Below, piece by piece: positions 44,725-56,095 of a stretch of DNA of 64,000 nucleotides; within the stretch, counting starts at the first letter, position 1; the number at the start of each line of letters is the position of its first letter. The position numbers and the translations under genes were made by a program. The stretch is taken from sequence record LR756504.1, one strand, 5' to 3'. Under the pieces are notes generated by a model. That model ran no database searches, was not told the origin of the DNA, and saw only the letters and a list, made by a program, of their open reading frames with translations.

Positions 44725-45210
44725 TTATTGCAAGTATGTCATAAATCCAAGTTTGTTCTTAACTGCATAGCCTATATTATCACATGCTACACGAGTTTCT
44801 CTTAAAAATTCAACATGTAGTTCGAGCATTTCCATACTTCTTTGTGTTTGTGCTAAATCACGATTTATCATTTCCCTTTGTTGTCTATCAGTAGTTTTCA
44901 TACCAAACCCATGCATATAATATTCAGTTCTATCTGCAAGACATTTATTTAATTTAGTTTTATCTTTAGAAATTTTACTTAAATAATTAGTTATTTCTTC
45001 TGTTAATTTTTGTCTTAGTGACAATGAATTTGCTTGTATATCAAGAAACATTTTAGCATCACTTGATCTTAATGCATCAAATAAAGGGTGTATTTCATTT
45101 GACCATTTTTGTCTTTGTTGATCTAAAAAATCTTGTATTTTATCGTTTGCTCCTAAAACTTTATCGTTCTGTTGATCTACTGAGGGTCTATCTGCTTTTG
45201 AATAATCCAT
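44725..45210 (-). CDS. putative UvsY-like recombination mediator
   Basis: Helical, about 160 aa, near uvsW; RTEYY...INRDL...VEFLRET...IGYAVKN resembles UvsY C-terminus. Confidence 0.5.
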   Translation of the reverse strand: MDYSKADRPSVDQQNDKVLGANDKIQDFLDQQRQKWSNEIHPLFDALRSSDAKMFLDIQANSLSLRQKLTEEITNYLSKISKDKTKLNKCLADRTEYYMHGFGMKTTDRQQREMINRDLAQTQRSMEMLELHVEFLRETRVACDNIGYAVKNKLGFMTYLQ

Positions 45211-45215
45211 ATGAT

Positions 45216-45242
45216 ATTATATCTTTTTTTCTTATAAAGTTT
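45216..45242 (-). promoter_or_regulatory. putative middle promoter AAAC-N17-TATAAT
   Basis: 5 nt upstream of ATG 45210. Confidence 0.5.
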
Positions 45243-45251
45243 AATATACAA

Positions 45252-46007
45252 TTAAGCCTTTTTATATACTATGTTGAAATAATAATCAAATTTAGAATTT
45301 AATGACGACTCAGTAGCTTTATATAATACTGTAGCAGTAGTTTGTGAAGAATTTGTAGTCATTTGAAAGCTAGTTGCCTTAATTTGTTTTTTAAATGCTA
45401 TAACTCTATTTTGATACTGCGTAGTATTTTCACCAGCAAGCGGTATAGGTGTTATTAAATCTTCTCTAAATTTATTTTGATATTGTAATGCTATTTCACC
45501 ATTTTCTTGTTTAGTTCCTATTTTATAATATCTTACAAATAATTCAATTGTATCAAATTTTATTCTTGGTATAACATTATAGTCTATGTAGTCATAAATA
45601 CTTCTATCAATATCATTAAATCTTGTTTTATCATTTGATATACCTGAAAATGTTTTATTCTTTTTTAGTTGTGCGAATAAATATTGTCTAATACAATTAC
45701 TTAAATCAAATGTAAATTCCCATCGAGTAAATTCAACTTTGTCTTGATCACTTTGATTAGGATAAATTCTAAGGCTATGTGATTCAGATTTTAAATTGAA
45801 TGTATCTAATATTCTATTTTCACTATCAACACCAAGTCCTTGTGTTTTGTCTATAGATTCGTTCCATATAATATCATTTTCATCAACAGATATAACATCT
45901 TCTAATTCAAGAATTTTAGAAGTAAAAAAAGTTCTTACTTCTTTCATATTATGTGTTCCAGCGACAAGCTCAACAGAAAATTCTTTTGATATAAAATTCT
46001 TTTTCAT
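45252..46007 (-). CDS. hypothetical protein, probably structural
   Basis: 251 aa, 3 nt downstream of the 2458-aa gene. Confidence 0.55.
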   Translation of the reverse strand: MKKNFISKEFSVELVAGTHNMKEVRTFFTSKILELEDVISVDENDIIWNESIDKTQGLGVDSENRILDTFNLKSESHSLRIYPNQSDQDKVEFTRWEFTFDLSNCIRQYLFAQLKKNKTFSGISNDKTRFNDIDRSIYDYIDYNVIPRIKFDTIELFVRYYKIGTKQENGEIALQYQNKFREDLITPIPLAGENTTQYQNRVIAFKKQIKATSFQMTTNSSQTTATVLYKATESSLNSKFDYYFNIVYKKA

Positions 46008-46010
46008 AAA

Positions 46011-49000
46011 TTATTTCCTCCTTTTATTGAATAATGATTTAATTACATCTGCAAATTTAGATGGTGCTTTAGCAATTGTTTGTATAATTTTAGTTGGTTC
46101 TACTATTTTAACATTTCCTATATATTGAACTGCACTAAATGCTGATGTTTTTCCTTGTTCTATAACTTTTTGAAGCCATGTTTGACTATGATATTGTGCT
46201 GTGGGTAATTTCGTATTAAGTACTAATGTTTGAAGATTAGTAACTGGTTTACTTTTTTTAGCAAGCATAAATTCATTCTTCTTAAATGTAGGCTTCTGTT
46301 CAATTACAATAGATTCTTTTGTGCTTGGTGGTGGTGGTGTCGATACATAACGCTCATCACTAAATCCTACAATATTGGCATCCGAAACTATCCAATTTAA
46401 ACTATCTACATTCACTTGTATATCAGAAGCAGGGAAGTATGCTGATTCGAAATGGAAGTATGCAACTTCATCTTTTTCATTTTCTTTAAATCCGTCATTT
46501 GAAAAAGATGTTTTTATTCTTGCCCATCTTGACATATCAGCAATCATTTTACCACCCATTAAATCTTTTAAAGTACTTGAACCTTTTCCTTCATCAAATC
46601 TATAATATGCAACAAGTGATTTAAGTGGGTCTAAATATGATTCTGGTCTCAAAATAAATGTATAGTTAGTATTTATTTGTTCACCACTTCTTACATAATT
46701 CCAATATCTTAATTCATCTAAACCACCTTTAAATGTTCTTCTGCCTAATGCTATTGTACTATCTGTTCCAATGAGTAATGACCAACTATTATTAATATCA
46801 ACATTTAAATAATAATCCAATGATGTAAAATTATCTTGAAATTCTCTATAAGCATCGTCTATAGTAATGCCTAATTCTTTTTCTTGTAATTGTTTATCCC
46901 AATAATCAAGTTCTCTATAACCTCTTATAGAATCAAGCCAGTATAACGTTTTATTATCTTGTAAATCGTTTCTTATTTTAGAAGCTAATGTTTGAAAATC
47001 AGGGAATTTTGAAATATTTTCTGATTTAGGGTAGAATCTTTTTCTATTTTCAATAAATAAAGCTACTAATTCTTTTTCTGATGGTTTTGTATAACTTTCG
47101 GATAAGAAATCATTAATTTTAGCATCTAAAGAACCATCGATGTAAATACTTTTTAATGATGTGAATGTATCCACTACACACGCTACATGATGCCATGCAC
47201 CATCACTAATATCTGTTGTAGATATTAAATTATGTTTTTCATATTGACCATTTAATTTTCTATGACATGTTCTAAATGCTAATTTATCATCTTTTCCATT
47301 TTTACCAATAATAAAAGTGAAATTATTAAATGTATTATTAGTCCATGGATCATCGGATGTATCCTCACCTTTATATAAAATAGTTTCGTAATCTTTTGTC
47401 CAACCATCAATTCTAACCCAAAATTCAATTGTAATGTCAGCCATATATCCAGTTGTTCTTATATCAGCGTTTTTAAGTGAAGTTTTATTATGTTTTTCAC
47501 TTATAGTACTTTCGATATTAGCTATAACAGGAATTCCAACTGTTGATAAATGGCTACTTTTAATTTCAATTATGAAGTTATAATATGATCCTGGATTTCT
47601 TGATATAATTTTAAATGATTTAAAGTTTCCTTTAAAAATATTTCCAAATATAGGAGAAGATGTATCAACTTCTATAGCTTCATAATTAGGTGTAATTACA
47701 TTATTAATTAATCCTATAATCTGTGTCATATCTAATGCACTATTATCATCGGGGTGTCTCGAATTTACAATAACTGAAATTTTATCACCATTGTCTGGAA
47801 CAATATTAAATTCTATTGTTTCATTTATAGATTTACTATTAATTAAACTTTCGTGTATATTTGAAATAAGTTGTTGAGGTGATGGAATAGGTATTGGTTG
47901 GAAATTTAAACCAGGTACAAATAATACTTTACCTAATGGTTGTATATGGGTAGGATTAGTTAACAACTTATTCTTAGCATTTTCTGCTGCTATTTTAGCT
48001 TCTAAATCAGTTAATGCTTTTATATCACTAGGTCTCTTAAAGAACGGATCTCTTCTTAGTTGTTCTTTTAATTGTCTTTCCTTTTCTAATAACTGTAGAA
48101 TATTACTTTGTGGTGGTATAAATGGTTTTGGTTCAAAGAAATATTTCTGTTTAATTTTTGTATTAATAACACCTGGTATGAAAGGTAATTTAACTCTTTG
48201 TGATATATTTTTAAATAATCCATTTTTTCTTCTATTAATTTCAGGTTCGAAAGCATGTAATTTTATAGTATTTATATAAGTTTTAGGACTTTTAATATTA
48301 GTAAACCACTTCAATGTCCATTCAGGATTTAAATTAGAATCTCCTAAATTTATTGTTTGTCCAACATATACAATAGAATTCCCATCTAAAATATTTGTCC
48401 ATCTTTCTGGTTCAAATGAGAATGGTTCAGTGTGTGAAATTCTTAAATAAGGACCAGTTTTATTTGTTAAATAAGTTCCATTACTACCAGCATCAACAAT
48501 AAAACCTCTTGATAATAAATCAGAAGTTGTTTTAGTAATACCACCTATTATAGCCGAAGAAGATTTTATATTACTAACTAATGTTGGGAATGTTGAATAT
48601 TTTTCTCTTCCTATCAGACGGAATGGGAATGTATGTACATCACCAACTTCAGTATCTTTTTTAATATAACCACCCCATGTTCCGATTAAATCATTTTCAT
48701 AAATTATTCCACCAGTACCATTTGTTGCACCCACATTAATGTCTAAGAAATTATCAACAACAGAACTCAATTGTAATTTCATAGGATAAATATCTATAGT
48801 CCCTGTACCATTTACTAATTTGAAATTTATTTTAGCATTTATTATATTACCATATACATAATAATTTTCTAAATTCGAGCCTGATGACCCATTATATGAT
48901 AATAAATTATTACCACTATATGTAAGTGTTGGTGTATATTTATATGTTTTAAATGAATTTGTAGTTGATGTACCATTAGGTGTAATTGTTTGATAATTAG

Positions 49001-52000
49001 CAGCCAAAATATATTTAGTACTAGATTGATTAACATCTTGTGGATCATTTATTAATTCAATCCATACATTCAGTGCTGTTGCTGAACCAACTTTATTAAA
49101 GAAATCTAATGTTAATGTATAATCTTGATTAGCTAATAATTTAACATTAATTGATTTAATATCAGATGATGGAACACCGATTATAGTTTGTCTAAAAAAG
49201 CTTCTTTCACCTTCTGGTTCATTTAAAATGAAATTTTCATAATTTAGATTATCTGTGTAATGTCTTTCTAAATTAAATTTAGGCGCATCTTGAATTCTTA
49301 AATAATCTTTTATACCATCATAAAGAACTGTATAGCCAGCAATACCAGGATATACATTAGATTCAACTTCAACTTTTCTTGATTGGTAATAGAAGCCTGG
49401 TTCCCAGTTAGAAGAAAATAAATATCTTGAGTCAAATTCATAACCATATTCATCAACCATCGGATAAATACTTTTTCCGTTACCGCTATCTATTTTAAGA
49501 ATATTACTTTCAGTATTACATTTAGAAAAAATCAATTCATTAATAGAACCAAAATTAACTACATTTGGAGATTCTGTTGAACTTGATGGATCATAGAATT
49601 TCCAATTACCACTTTCTTTAATACTTGGTACACCATTAGTTAATTTCGTTAATTCGATATAACCCATCGGTCTAAATAATGGAACTGTTCTAAATATAGG
49701 AACATAAGGACCTGAATATCTAAATACTGATGGATCTAAATCATTATCCAATTCCCATGTTTGTCTATTATCTTTACCATCCACAATTTCTTTAGCAATA
49801 GGATAATAGTTATATGAGTTTACATCCAATAAACTTCCCACTCTGAATCCATCGGATGTAAAATTCACATTATTAGTAGGACTATCGGTATCGTCGTCTA
49901 ATACAATTCTATTTTTAAATGTATTATTTATATCTATGTCAACATTAATGGGATTTACACTAAATGCATTTTGCTTTATAATTGTTTCTTCTGGTAATTT
50001 ATACTTAATTATAACATCTGTTGTTTCGTATGTCATTGGATTTGAAATTGTGCCATCGTTATAAATATGAATATATTTTGTATCGTCTTTACCTTCTGGT
50101 GGATTATAGTTAAAATTATTTAAATTAAATAAAAATGTTTGTAGCATAAAATCACGAGGTCTTGATACAACAGAACTATTTACCTTAAATCCAGTATTAT
50201 CCCATTTAATAGGACTTACTTCTTCTCTTTCTATGTTATCATTATACCAAACATCTATTTCACATGTTTCAGCGTTTATAGCAGTACCGCTCGTTCCATC
50301 AGTTAATTGACTAATTTGAATAGTTTCTTCAGTGTCAACATAAAGATGTATCAGAACATTTTTCCAATAATCATTTACATAAATATCAACTCCACTATTA
50401 TTATTACCACTACCATTTAGCTTTCTTCCAAAAACTATAGCGAATTTATAATCTTCATAATTTATATTCACTTTAGTTATAATATCATCAATGAGTGTTG
50501 AATTACTTTCCTCATCACTAAATTTAATTTTATCTACATCGAATATTGTATACTTAACACCTCTAAATATTGTATAAGGATCATTAAATTCATTTGCTGA
50601 TATAAATGTTGAATATTTAGTTGTTAGTTCTAAACCATCAATTGTTTCTTGATCTGATTTGAATATGTATTCGAAATAATCGTAATCAGTTGAAACGTAT
50701 TTTGATAAATCGAAAAAAGGTTCTTTTAAATGTAAAGAATAAAATTTATAATCTTTAGCATTATTTAAACCAAAACGATAAAAATAATCTAAATCTAAAT
50801 TACTTCTTATAGGAAAATTATTTCCAGTAAATATACTGGGTTCTCTATTAAAGATACCAGCCATATCTAAACTATAATTCAATCTATATGGATAGTCATG
50901 TAAACCTTGACTATTTAAAAATCCCCATTTACATATTGATTGATTTTTTCTCCAAATTTCTGTCAGATCATTTTGATTTATTTCCCATAATTCATCAGAA
51001 GAAATATATTCAGAAGAAACTGGAATATAATTAGTATCAACCGATTTATTAGGATCTTGTTTAGATTTAATTAATGAAGATTTAATTTTAGCGTCACTTA
51101 TTTCTCCTTTACCATCTAATCCCCAAGTAAGAACATCTTCTAAATTTGCTGGATCTGAATTTGATTTAAAATCGAATTCGTAAGTTTTCAAGTTATCATC
51201 AACTCTCCAAACATATTGTTCTTCTCTATAATATCTTCTTTTTAATGATACTTGTCTATCTGTAACACCACCCCAATTAGTACCATCAATAGTTCCAGAA
51301 AATAATGACCAACTCGAATCATACTCTCTTCTAAATAATTCAAAATCCTCATATGGTTTTTGTGTAAATGGATTTATTTCACCTATTTGATCTCTTATGG
51401 TATATGGTCTATTATTTAAATCTGTGATAGGAATTCTTCTCGCTCTGTCATTAGTACCAATTAAAGAACGAACTTTTACTATAATATCTCTATATTCTGT
51501 TGCATATAATTTAGGTTCTAATGAATTATTTAATTCAAACTTCTTTTCATATTCAAAATTAGCATAATCAGTTTCAACTCTATCAAAATCAAAATCTTTT
51601 ATGTCTGTGAAATTTATTCTTAAAATATCAAAATATGGGGGTATTGAATCGGATTTAGTTGATTCTATATTTACTCTTTTGTAATAAGCAGGATTTTTAT
51701 TTATATAACCATTATTTATCCAAGATACAATATCTCTATCATTAACATTTATTGACCAGTCTGTTTGTATGTAATATTTACCTTTTAAATTTGGATTTGT
51801 ATTTGGGTATTGTTTAACAACATGATAATTATTATCAATATTAATTAAAAATAAGTCAGCATTATTAAAGTTGGGAATTGTGAAATCATTTGAAAAACTT
51901 AACGTATTTATTCTAAATAATAATGTAGGAATTCCATCAACTAAAACAGTATCAAATAATCTTTGATATGATGTAAATAATGGATTTACACTTTGAATAA

Positions 52001-53387
52001 TATTAGTTCCTAAAGTATTATTAATTTTTTGTGAATTTACTACTATTTTATGTTTACCTGTTGTAAGTTCATTTATTAAAATTTTCTTAAATTGTGATAA
52101 TGTTTTATCATCTATTGTATTTGTTGTAAAGAATTCATTATTTTCATCTGACATTAATTCGCCGTCAACAATTCTTTGAACGATTGTAGAAGTTGTAGTT
52201 TTGGTAATTTTTAATTTATGTTCAATGATAATATCAGATACCACTCTATAAATGAAATCACCTATAATACCATCAAGTTTAAAAACATCCTTATCTGGAT
52301 TTTCAATTCTTTCAATTCTATAAAATTTACCTTTCCATTCTACCCAATAAGTAAGAGTATCTTTCCATCCTTTTTTAATAGGATTAAATGAATATAATCT
52401 ACCTTTAGCTTCTCTTACAAATTTATTATCTTTCAAAAATGGTATTTCACTAACTTCAATGGCTGATAAATCTTTAAGAGTCTCTTCAGTAACTTTACTT
52501 AATTCTGATGCTTGATATGGTGATACTGTTTTAACAGTTGGTTTATCATCTACATAAAATCCAATATAGCGATTTATCGACCACTTTCTTAAAGATGTAG
52601 GTGTAGCAGGAGTATCATCGAATAAAAATTTCATATTAATTATGTGTGGATATACTAAATTATTGTCCTGCCATAACTGTGTGAAATATTCTTCTGTCTT
52701 GAATATTGGTGTGTTTTTACTTTGAACATCTTTTAAACTTAAATACTTTTTTACCCATCCACCATTAATGGTGTCTATGCCAGAAATTTCTGATAAATCG
52801 TCACCATGATTTACAAATAAAGGGAATTTAGGATAATCTTCATCAGATATAAAATTTCTTTTAATCCACACGCCTAAATCAGTATTCTCAGTTAAATCAT
52901 ACATGGAAACAAATTTCCAATTATCAATAATCTGACTTCTAAAATTAGATGCATCCGAGTCTTGATTTAATGAACCTGATCCATCAACACGTAATATTAT
53001 AAAATTCTTAGGTAAAGCATTATTTTTTATGTATAGAGGAGCTAAATATTCATACTCTTCATTATAATAAGTATCTTCTGTAAAGAAAGCACCCGAATGA
53101 TAAGTATCATCAAATTGATGTCTATAATCATCATATACTTCCGATGTATCATTATCAAATTTAACATCAAAAACAGTTTTACTTTCAATATCTTGAAAAA
53201 AATATGGTATTACTTCTTTCCAATATTCTTCTTTTTTTATTTCAACATGTTGTAGTCTTTGTTGTCCTAAAGTCTTATTAATAGCAAAGCTTTCTAAAAA
53301 CAATTTGTAATCAGAACTCACTACTAATTTGATGTTACCTGTTAAAGCTGGATTAGTACGTACTAAAAAGAAGCTCCTATCTATCAT
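46011..53387 (-). CDS. giant virion structural protein (2458 aa) with C-terminal LamG-like domain
   Basis: ITIEFWVR...WHHVACV...IYIDG...GGLDELRYWNYVRS...LVAYYRFDEG; TTATATATA at 53412-53420. Confidence 0.7.
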   Translation of the reverse strand: MIDRSFFLVRTNPALTGNIKLVVSSDYKLFLESFAINKTLGQQRLQHVEIKKEEYWKEVIPYFFQDIESKTVFDVKFDNDTSEVYDDYRHQFDDTYHSGAFFTEDTYYNEEYEYLAPLYIKNNALPKNFIILRVDGSGSLNQDSDASNFRSQIIDNWKFVSMYDLTENTDLGVWIKRNFISDEDYPKFPLFVNHGDDLSEISGIDTINGGWVKKYLSLKDVQSKNTPIFKTEEYFTQLWQDNNLVYPHIINMKFLFDDTPATPTSLRKWSINRYIGFYVDDKPTVKTVSPYQASELSKVTEETLKDLSAIEVSEIPFLKDNKFVREAKGRLYSFNPIKKGWKDTLTYWVEWKGKFYRIERIENPDKDVFKLDGIIGDFIYRVVSDIIIEHKLKITKTTTSTIVQRIVDGELMSDENNEFFTTNTIDDKTLSQFKKILINELTTGKHKIVVNSQKINNTLGTNIIQSVNPLFTSYQRLFDTVLVDGIPTLLFRINTLSFSNDFTIPNFNNADLFLINIDNNYHVVKQYPNTNPNLKGKYYIQTDWSINVNDRDIVSWINNGYINKNPAYYKRVNIESTKSDSIPPYFDILRINFTDIKDFDFDRVETDYANFEYEKKFELNNSLEPKLYATEYRDIIVKVRSLIGTNDRARRIPITDLNNRPYTIRDQIGEINPFTQKPYEDFELFRREYDSSWSLFSGTIDGTNWGGVTDRQVSLKRRYYREEQYVWRVDDNLKTYEFDFKSNSDPANLEDVLTWGLDGKGEISDAKIKSSLIKSKQDPNKSVDTNYIPVSSEYISSDELWEINQNDLTEIWRKNQSICKWGFLNSQGLHDYPYRLNYSLDMAGIFNREPSIFTGNNFPIRSNLDLDYFYRFGLNNAKDYKFYSLHLKEPFFDLSKYVSTDYDYFEYIFKSDQETIDGLELTTKYSTFISANEFNDPYTIFRGVKYTIFDVDKIKFSDEESNSTLIDDIITKVNINYEDYKFAIVFGRKLNGSGNNNSGVDIYVNDYWKNVLIHLYVDTEETIQISQLTDGTSGTAINAETCEIDVWYNDNIEREEVSPIKWDNTGFKVNSSVVSRPRDFMLQTFLFNLNNFNYNPPEGKDDTKYIHIYNDGTISNPMTYETTDVIIKYKLPEETIIKQNAFSVNPINVDIDINNTFKNRIVLDDDTDSPTNNVNFTSDGFRVGSLLDVNSYNYYPIAKEIVDGKDNRQTWELDNDLDPSVFRYSGPYVPIFRTVPLFRPMGYIELTKLTNGVPSIKESGNWKFYDPSSSTESPNVVNFGSINELIFSKCNTESNILKIDSGNGKSIYPMVDEYGYEFDSRYLFSSNWEPGFYYQSRKVEVESNVYPGIAGYTVLYDGIKDYLRIQDAPKFNLERHYTDNLNYENFILNEPEGERSFFRQTIIGVPSSDIKSINVKLLANQDYTLTLDFFNKVGSATALNVWIELINDPQDVNQSSTKYILAANYQTITPNGTSTTNSFKTYKYTPTLTYSGNNLLSYNGSSGSNLENYYVYGNIINAKINFKLVNGTGTIDIYPMKLQLSSVVDNFLDINVGATNGTGGIIYENDLIGTWGGYIKKDTEVGDVHTFPFRLIGREKYSTFPTLVSNIKSSSAIIGGITKTTSDLLSRGFIVDAGSNGTYLTNKTGPYLRISHTEPFSFEPERWTNILDGNSIVYVGQTINLGDSNLNPEWTLKWFTNIKSPKTYINTIKLHAFEPEINRRKNGLFKNISQRVKLPFIPGVINTKIKQKYFFEPKPFIPPQSNILQLLEKERQLKEQLRRDPFFKRPSDIKALTDLEAKIAAENAKNKLLTNPTHIQPLGKVLFVPGLNFQPIPIPSPQQLISNIHESLINSKSINETIEFNIVPDNGDKISVIVNSRHPDDNSALDMTQIIGLINNVITPNYEAIEVDTSSPIFGNIFKGNFKSFKIISRNPGSYYNFIIEIKSSHLSTVGIPVIANIESTISEKHNKTSLKNADIRTTGYMADITIEFWVRIDGWTKDYETILYKGEDTSDDPWTNNTFNNFTFIIGKNGKDDKLAFRTCHRKLNGQYEKHNLISTTDISDGAWHHVACVVDTFTSLKSIYIDGSLDAKINDFLSESYTKPSEKELVALFIENRKRFYPKSENISKFPDFQTLASKIRNDLQDNKTLYWLDSIRGYRELDYWDKQLQEKELGITIDDAYREFQDNFTSLDYYLNVDINNSWSLLIGTDSTIALGRRTFKGGLDELRYWNYVRSGEQINTNYTFILRPESYLDPLKSLVAYYRFDEGKGSSTLKDLMGGKMIADMSRWARIKTSFSNDGFKENEKDEVAYFHFESAYFPASDIQVNVDSLNWIVSDANIVGFSDERYVSTPPPPSTKESIVIEQKPTFKKNEFMLAKKSKPVTNLQTLVLNTKLPTAQYHSQTWLQKVIEQGKTSAFSAVQYIGNVKIVEPTKIIQTIAKAPSKFADVIKSLFNKRRK

Positions 53388-53479
53388 TAATAACTAATTT
53401 ATTATTATCGTTATATATAAAAAAGAATAGTATCTTTGATGTTTATTTTTTAATTTAAAGAAAAATTATGACGTTTTCG

Positions 53480-56095
53480 TTATGCTATTCTAAAACTTAT
53501 TCCACTTAAACTTACCCACCCAGAATTACCTTGTAAAATCATAACTAAACCATTAGGAAAAACATCAATTCTACCATATGTTACATCTAATAATGATTGT
53601 GGATTATCTGAACAAACTATTTGATATATTTCTTTTTGTGCTGGTCTGTATCCAACAGGTAATATAGCAATTCTTGACCATGTTGTGTTAATAGGTGTTC
53701 TGTAAACTCTAATAGCCTCATTTGGATATTTATCATTAGCATCATCGTTATCATCATTATTTAATATAACTCTAATTAATCCTGATAAATAAACTCTAGC
53801 TTCATGCTTATAGAATTTTGCAGTTCCGAAACCATTTACGTAATTTTCCCATGGTTGTTCTAAAACCATATCTTGTGTAGTTTCTACATTTTCGGCAGTT
53901 TCAATTTGTCTTATTTTATCAGTTAAATTTATAATTCTACCTGAAGCATCGCGAATAGCTATATTATCTGCAAAGTGTGGGAAATATTTATTTTCAACAA
54001 CAGTGAAATCGCCTAAATGTTGATCAAGTGTCTTACCATTTAATTCTGTCATAATTCTATTTCTTACAGATTCAAGTTCAGCATTTTTAATAATTAAATC
54101 TTCTGGCTTTCTACCAGTTAATAATTCATCTGGGAATGTTAGAACAATTGAATTTGACCAATCACTTTCGATTGGCGCATTATCAATACCAACTTCGCTA
54201 ATAGATTTGACTCTTATTTCAATTTGCTCATTAGGTGAAATTGGTATTTGGATAGAGTTAATATTTGGTGAGTCAATATTAGATAAATCTTCTTGTTCCC
54301 AAACATATGATTGTGTGGTAACATTAAAACTTCTATCTCTAAGAGTTGATATAATTGGTTTCCATGGAGAAAATACTGCATTAGTTATAGTTCCATCCGA
54401 GTTGGTAACTTTAAATACTCCATTTTCACTTTCTTGTCCCGATTTAGAAGCTTTTTTATATTCGAGATGAAATTTAACAATTTCTTGTGGTCTTGTTTTA
54501 CCATTTTCTATAGGTAAAGGTATTTGCCAAAATCCTTCTACAGCAAATATCGGATCAACAGCATTATTAGATTGATTCGCAGCTAATATTTCACTAACAG
54601 TAGAAGATAATAACTCAGTTTTACTCTGTATATCTTGTGTAATTTTAGTAATTTGAGTATCTAAATTTTGTTTATCTTTTTGATTTTTAAATGTTTTACC
54701 AAATAATTCTTTTCTCTTTTCAGTAAGAGTTTTATTTAATTCATCTAAGTTAGAACGTAAGCTATTTGCTTGTGAATGCTGTTTTCTATTTTTCTCAAGT
54801 TCTGGCGTATCAGTAGCATGTTTGTTAATTTGCCTAATTCTAAAATTATTAATATCAAGAGTTGGTACTGTTGGTTTTAATCCTAAGTGTCTTGGGATAT
54901 ATCTGTTTACTAAATCTTTTAATATTTCGCCAAAATCTTTAACTTGGTTAATATAGAATTCTGTCATAGATTTACCATTATCACCAATTCCACTATCAGA
55001 TTGTAAAATTAAATCATTTGTATAATAAGCTGTTCCTGGACTCCAATTTCTTGCTATTAAATAATTCTCGGTGTTAATAGGTTTAACAAAAAGAACATTA
55101 TATTCATTAAATCCAATTGAAATATCAACTTTCTTATTGATAATAATAGGGCTATAATATTTCATACCACCGACAATTGCAACAGGAATAGGTTCTTCAC
55201 CTTCAACTCTTTCGAATCTAACTCTTATTTCAGAAGCATCTTTATTAATTTCTATAATTCTATATCTTGTAGTTGAAAAAGCAGTATTTATGATAAGTTC
55301 ATCATTTAACTGTAAAGTTTTTTTAGTTCGAGTTTTAATTTCATAATAATCTAAAGTATCAAGTAAATACCATTCTTTTCTATTTACTTTATCATCAAAT
55401 ATGCCTAAAATAGTAAAGAAGCCTTCAAATTGTAATTCATTAGCATCTAATGTAAATTCTTGTTCATCATAATTACCAACTGAATTTGCAACAACGCCAG
55501 GAGTATTACCAATCCATGTTTCAAGCTCAATTATAGTAACATTTGTTCTATTTTTGAAATTTTTATTGAATAAATCAATAGCTTGTTGACCTCTTGTTGT
55601 AAAATCTCCATTAGAATTTAATTCAAAATCTATAATGTATCTTCTTGATAAGACTTTTCTAACATTATTTTCAACTTTACCACTTAAATCAATTCTAATT
55701 ATCAATAAAGGATTTAGTAAGGCATCAAAAAACCAGTTTTTTTCAGTTAAAAAATTTGAAATATTACTTAGTTCTCCCAAAGAATTAGGTTCTCTATTTA
55801 AATCAACTTTAATTATTTTTGAATATTCATTTCTTGCTGGTTGTATTGTTGCACCTCTTTGATCTACACTTGATAATGTGCGTAAGTTTTGATTTAATCT
55901 TTCTAATTCGGATTTTATATATCCCAATGATGGAAGATTGACTGTTTGAACTTGTTGATTTTCGTCAACTATTTGAACTTGAATATTATTTTCTGTACTA
56001 CTAATAGCTTGATTTAAAGATGCTATTACTGTTAATGAATTATTTTGAAGATCAATTATCTGTTGACTTAATGATATAAAAGAATTTCTTACCAT
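53480..56095 (-). CDS. tail fibre/minor tail protein: coiled coil, FN3-like domain and C-terminal receptor-binding-like domain
   Basis: IEIRVKSISEVG...ESDWS; WENY...RVYLSGLI...LPVGYRP...GWVSLSGISF; late motif at 56118-56126. Confidence 0.65.
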   Translation of the reverse strand: MVRNSFISLSQQIIDLQNNSLTVIASLNQAISSTENNIQVQIVDENQQVQTVNLPSLGYIKSELERLNQNLRTLSSVDQRGATIQPARNEYSKIIKVDLNREPNSLGELSNISNFLTEKNWFFDALLNPLLIIRIDLSGKVENNVRKVLSRRYIIDFELNSNGDFTTRGQQAIDLFNKNFKNRTNVTIIELETWIGNTPGVVANSVGNYDEQEFTLDANELQFEGFFTILGIFDDKVNRKEWYLLDTLDYYEIKTRTKKTLQLNDELIINTAFSTTRYRIIEINKDASEIRVRFERVEGEEPIPVAIVGGMKYYSPIIINKKVDISIGFNEYNVLFVKPINTENYLIARNWSPGTAYYTNDLILQSDSGIGDNGKSMTEFYINQVKDFGEILKDLVNRYIPRHLGLKPTVPTLDINNFRIRQINKHATDTPELEKNRKQHSQANSLRSNLDELNKTLTEKRKELFGKTFKNQKDKQNLDTQITKITQDIQSKTELLSSTVSEILAANQSNNAVDPIFAVEGFWQIPLPIENGKTRPQEIVKFHLEYKKASKSGQESENGVFKVTNSDGTITNAVFSPWKPIISTLRDRSFNVTTQSYVWEQEDLSNIDSPNINSIQIPISPNEQIEIRVKSISEVGIDNAPIESDWSNSIVLTFPDELLTGRKPEDLIIKNAELESVRNRIMTELNGKTLDQHLGDFTVVENKYFPHFADNIAIRDASGRIINLTDKIRQIETAENVETTQDMVLEQPWENYVNGFGTAKFYKHEARVYLSGLIRVILNNDDNDDANDKYPNEAIRVYRTPINTTWSRIAILPVGYRPAQKEIYQIVCSDNPQSLLDVTYGRIDVFPNGLVMILQGNSGWVSLSGISFRIA

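Noticed and set aside
29828-53387. Inteins explaining the giant ORFs
   Set aside because: No Cys/Ser...His-Asn splice motifs or LAGLIDADG domains were seen
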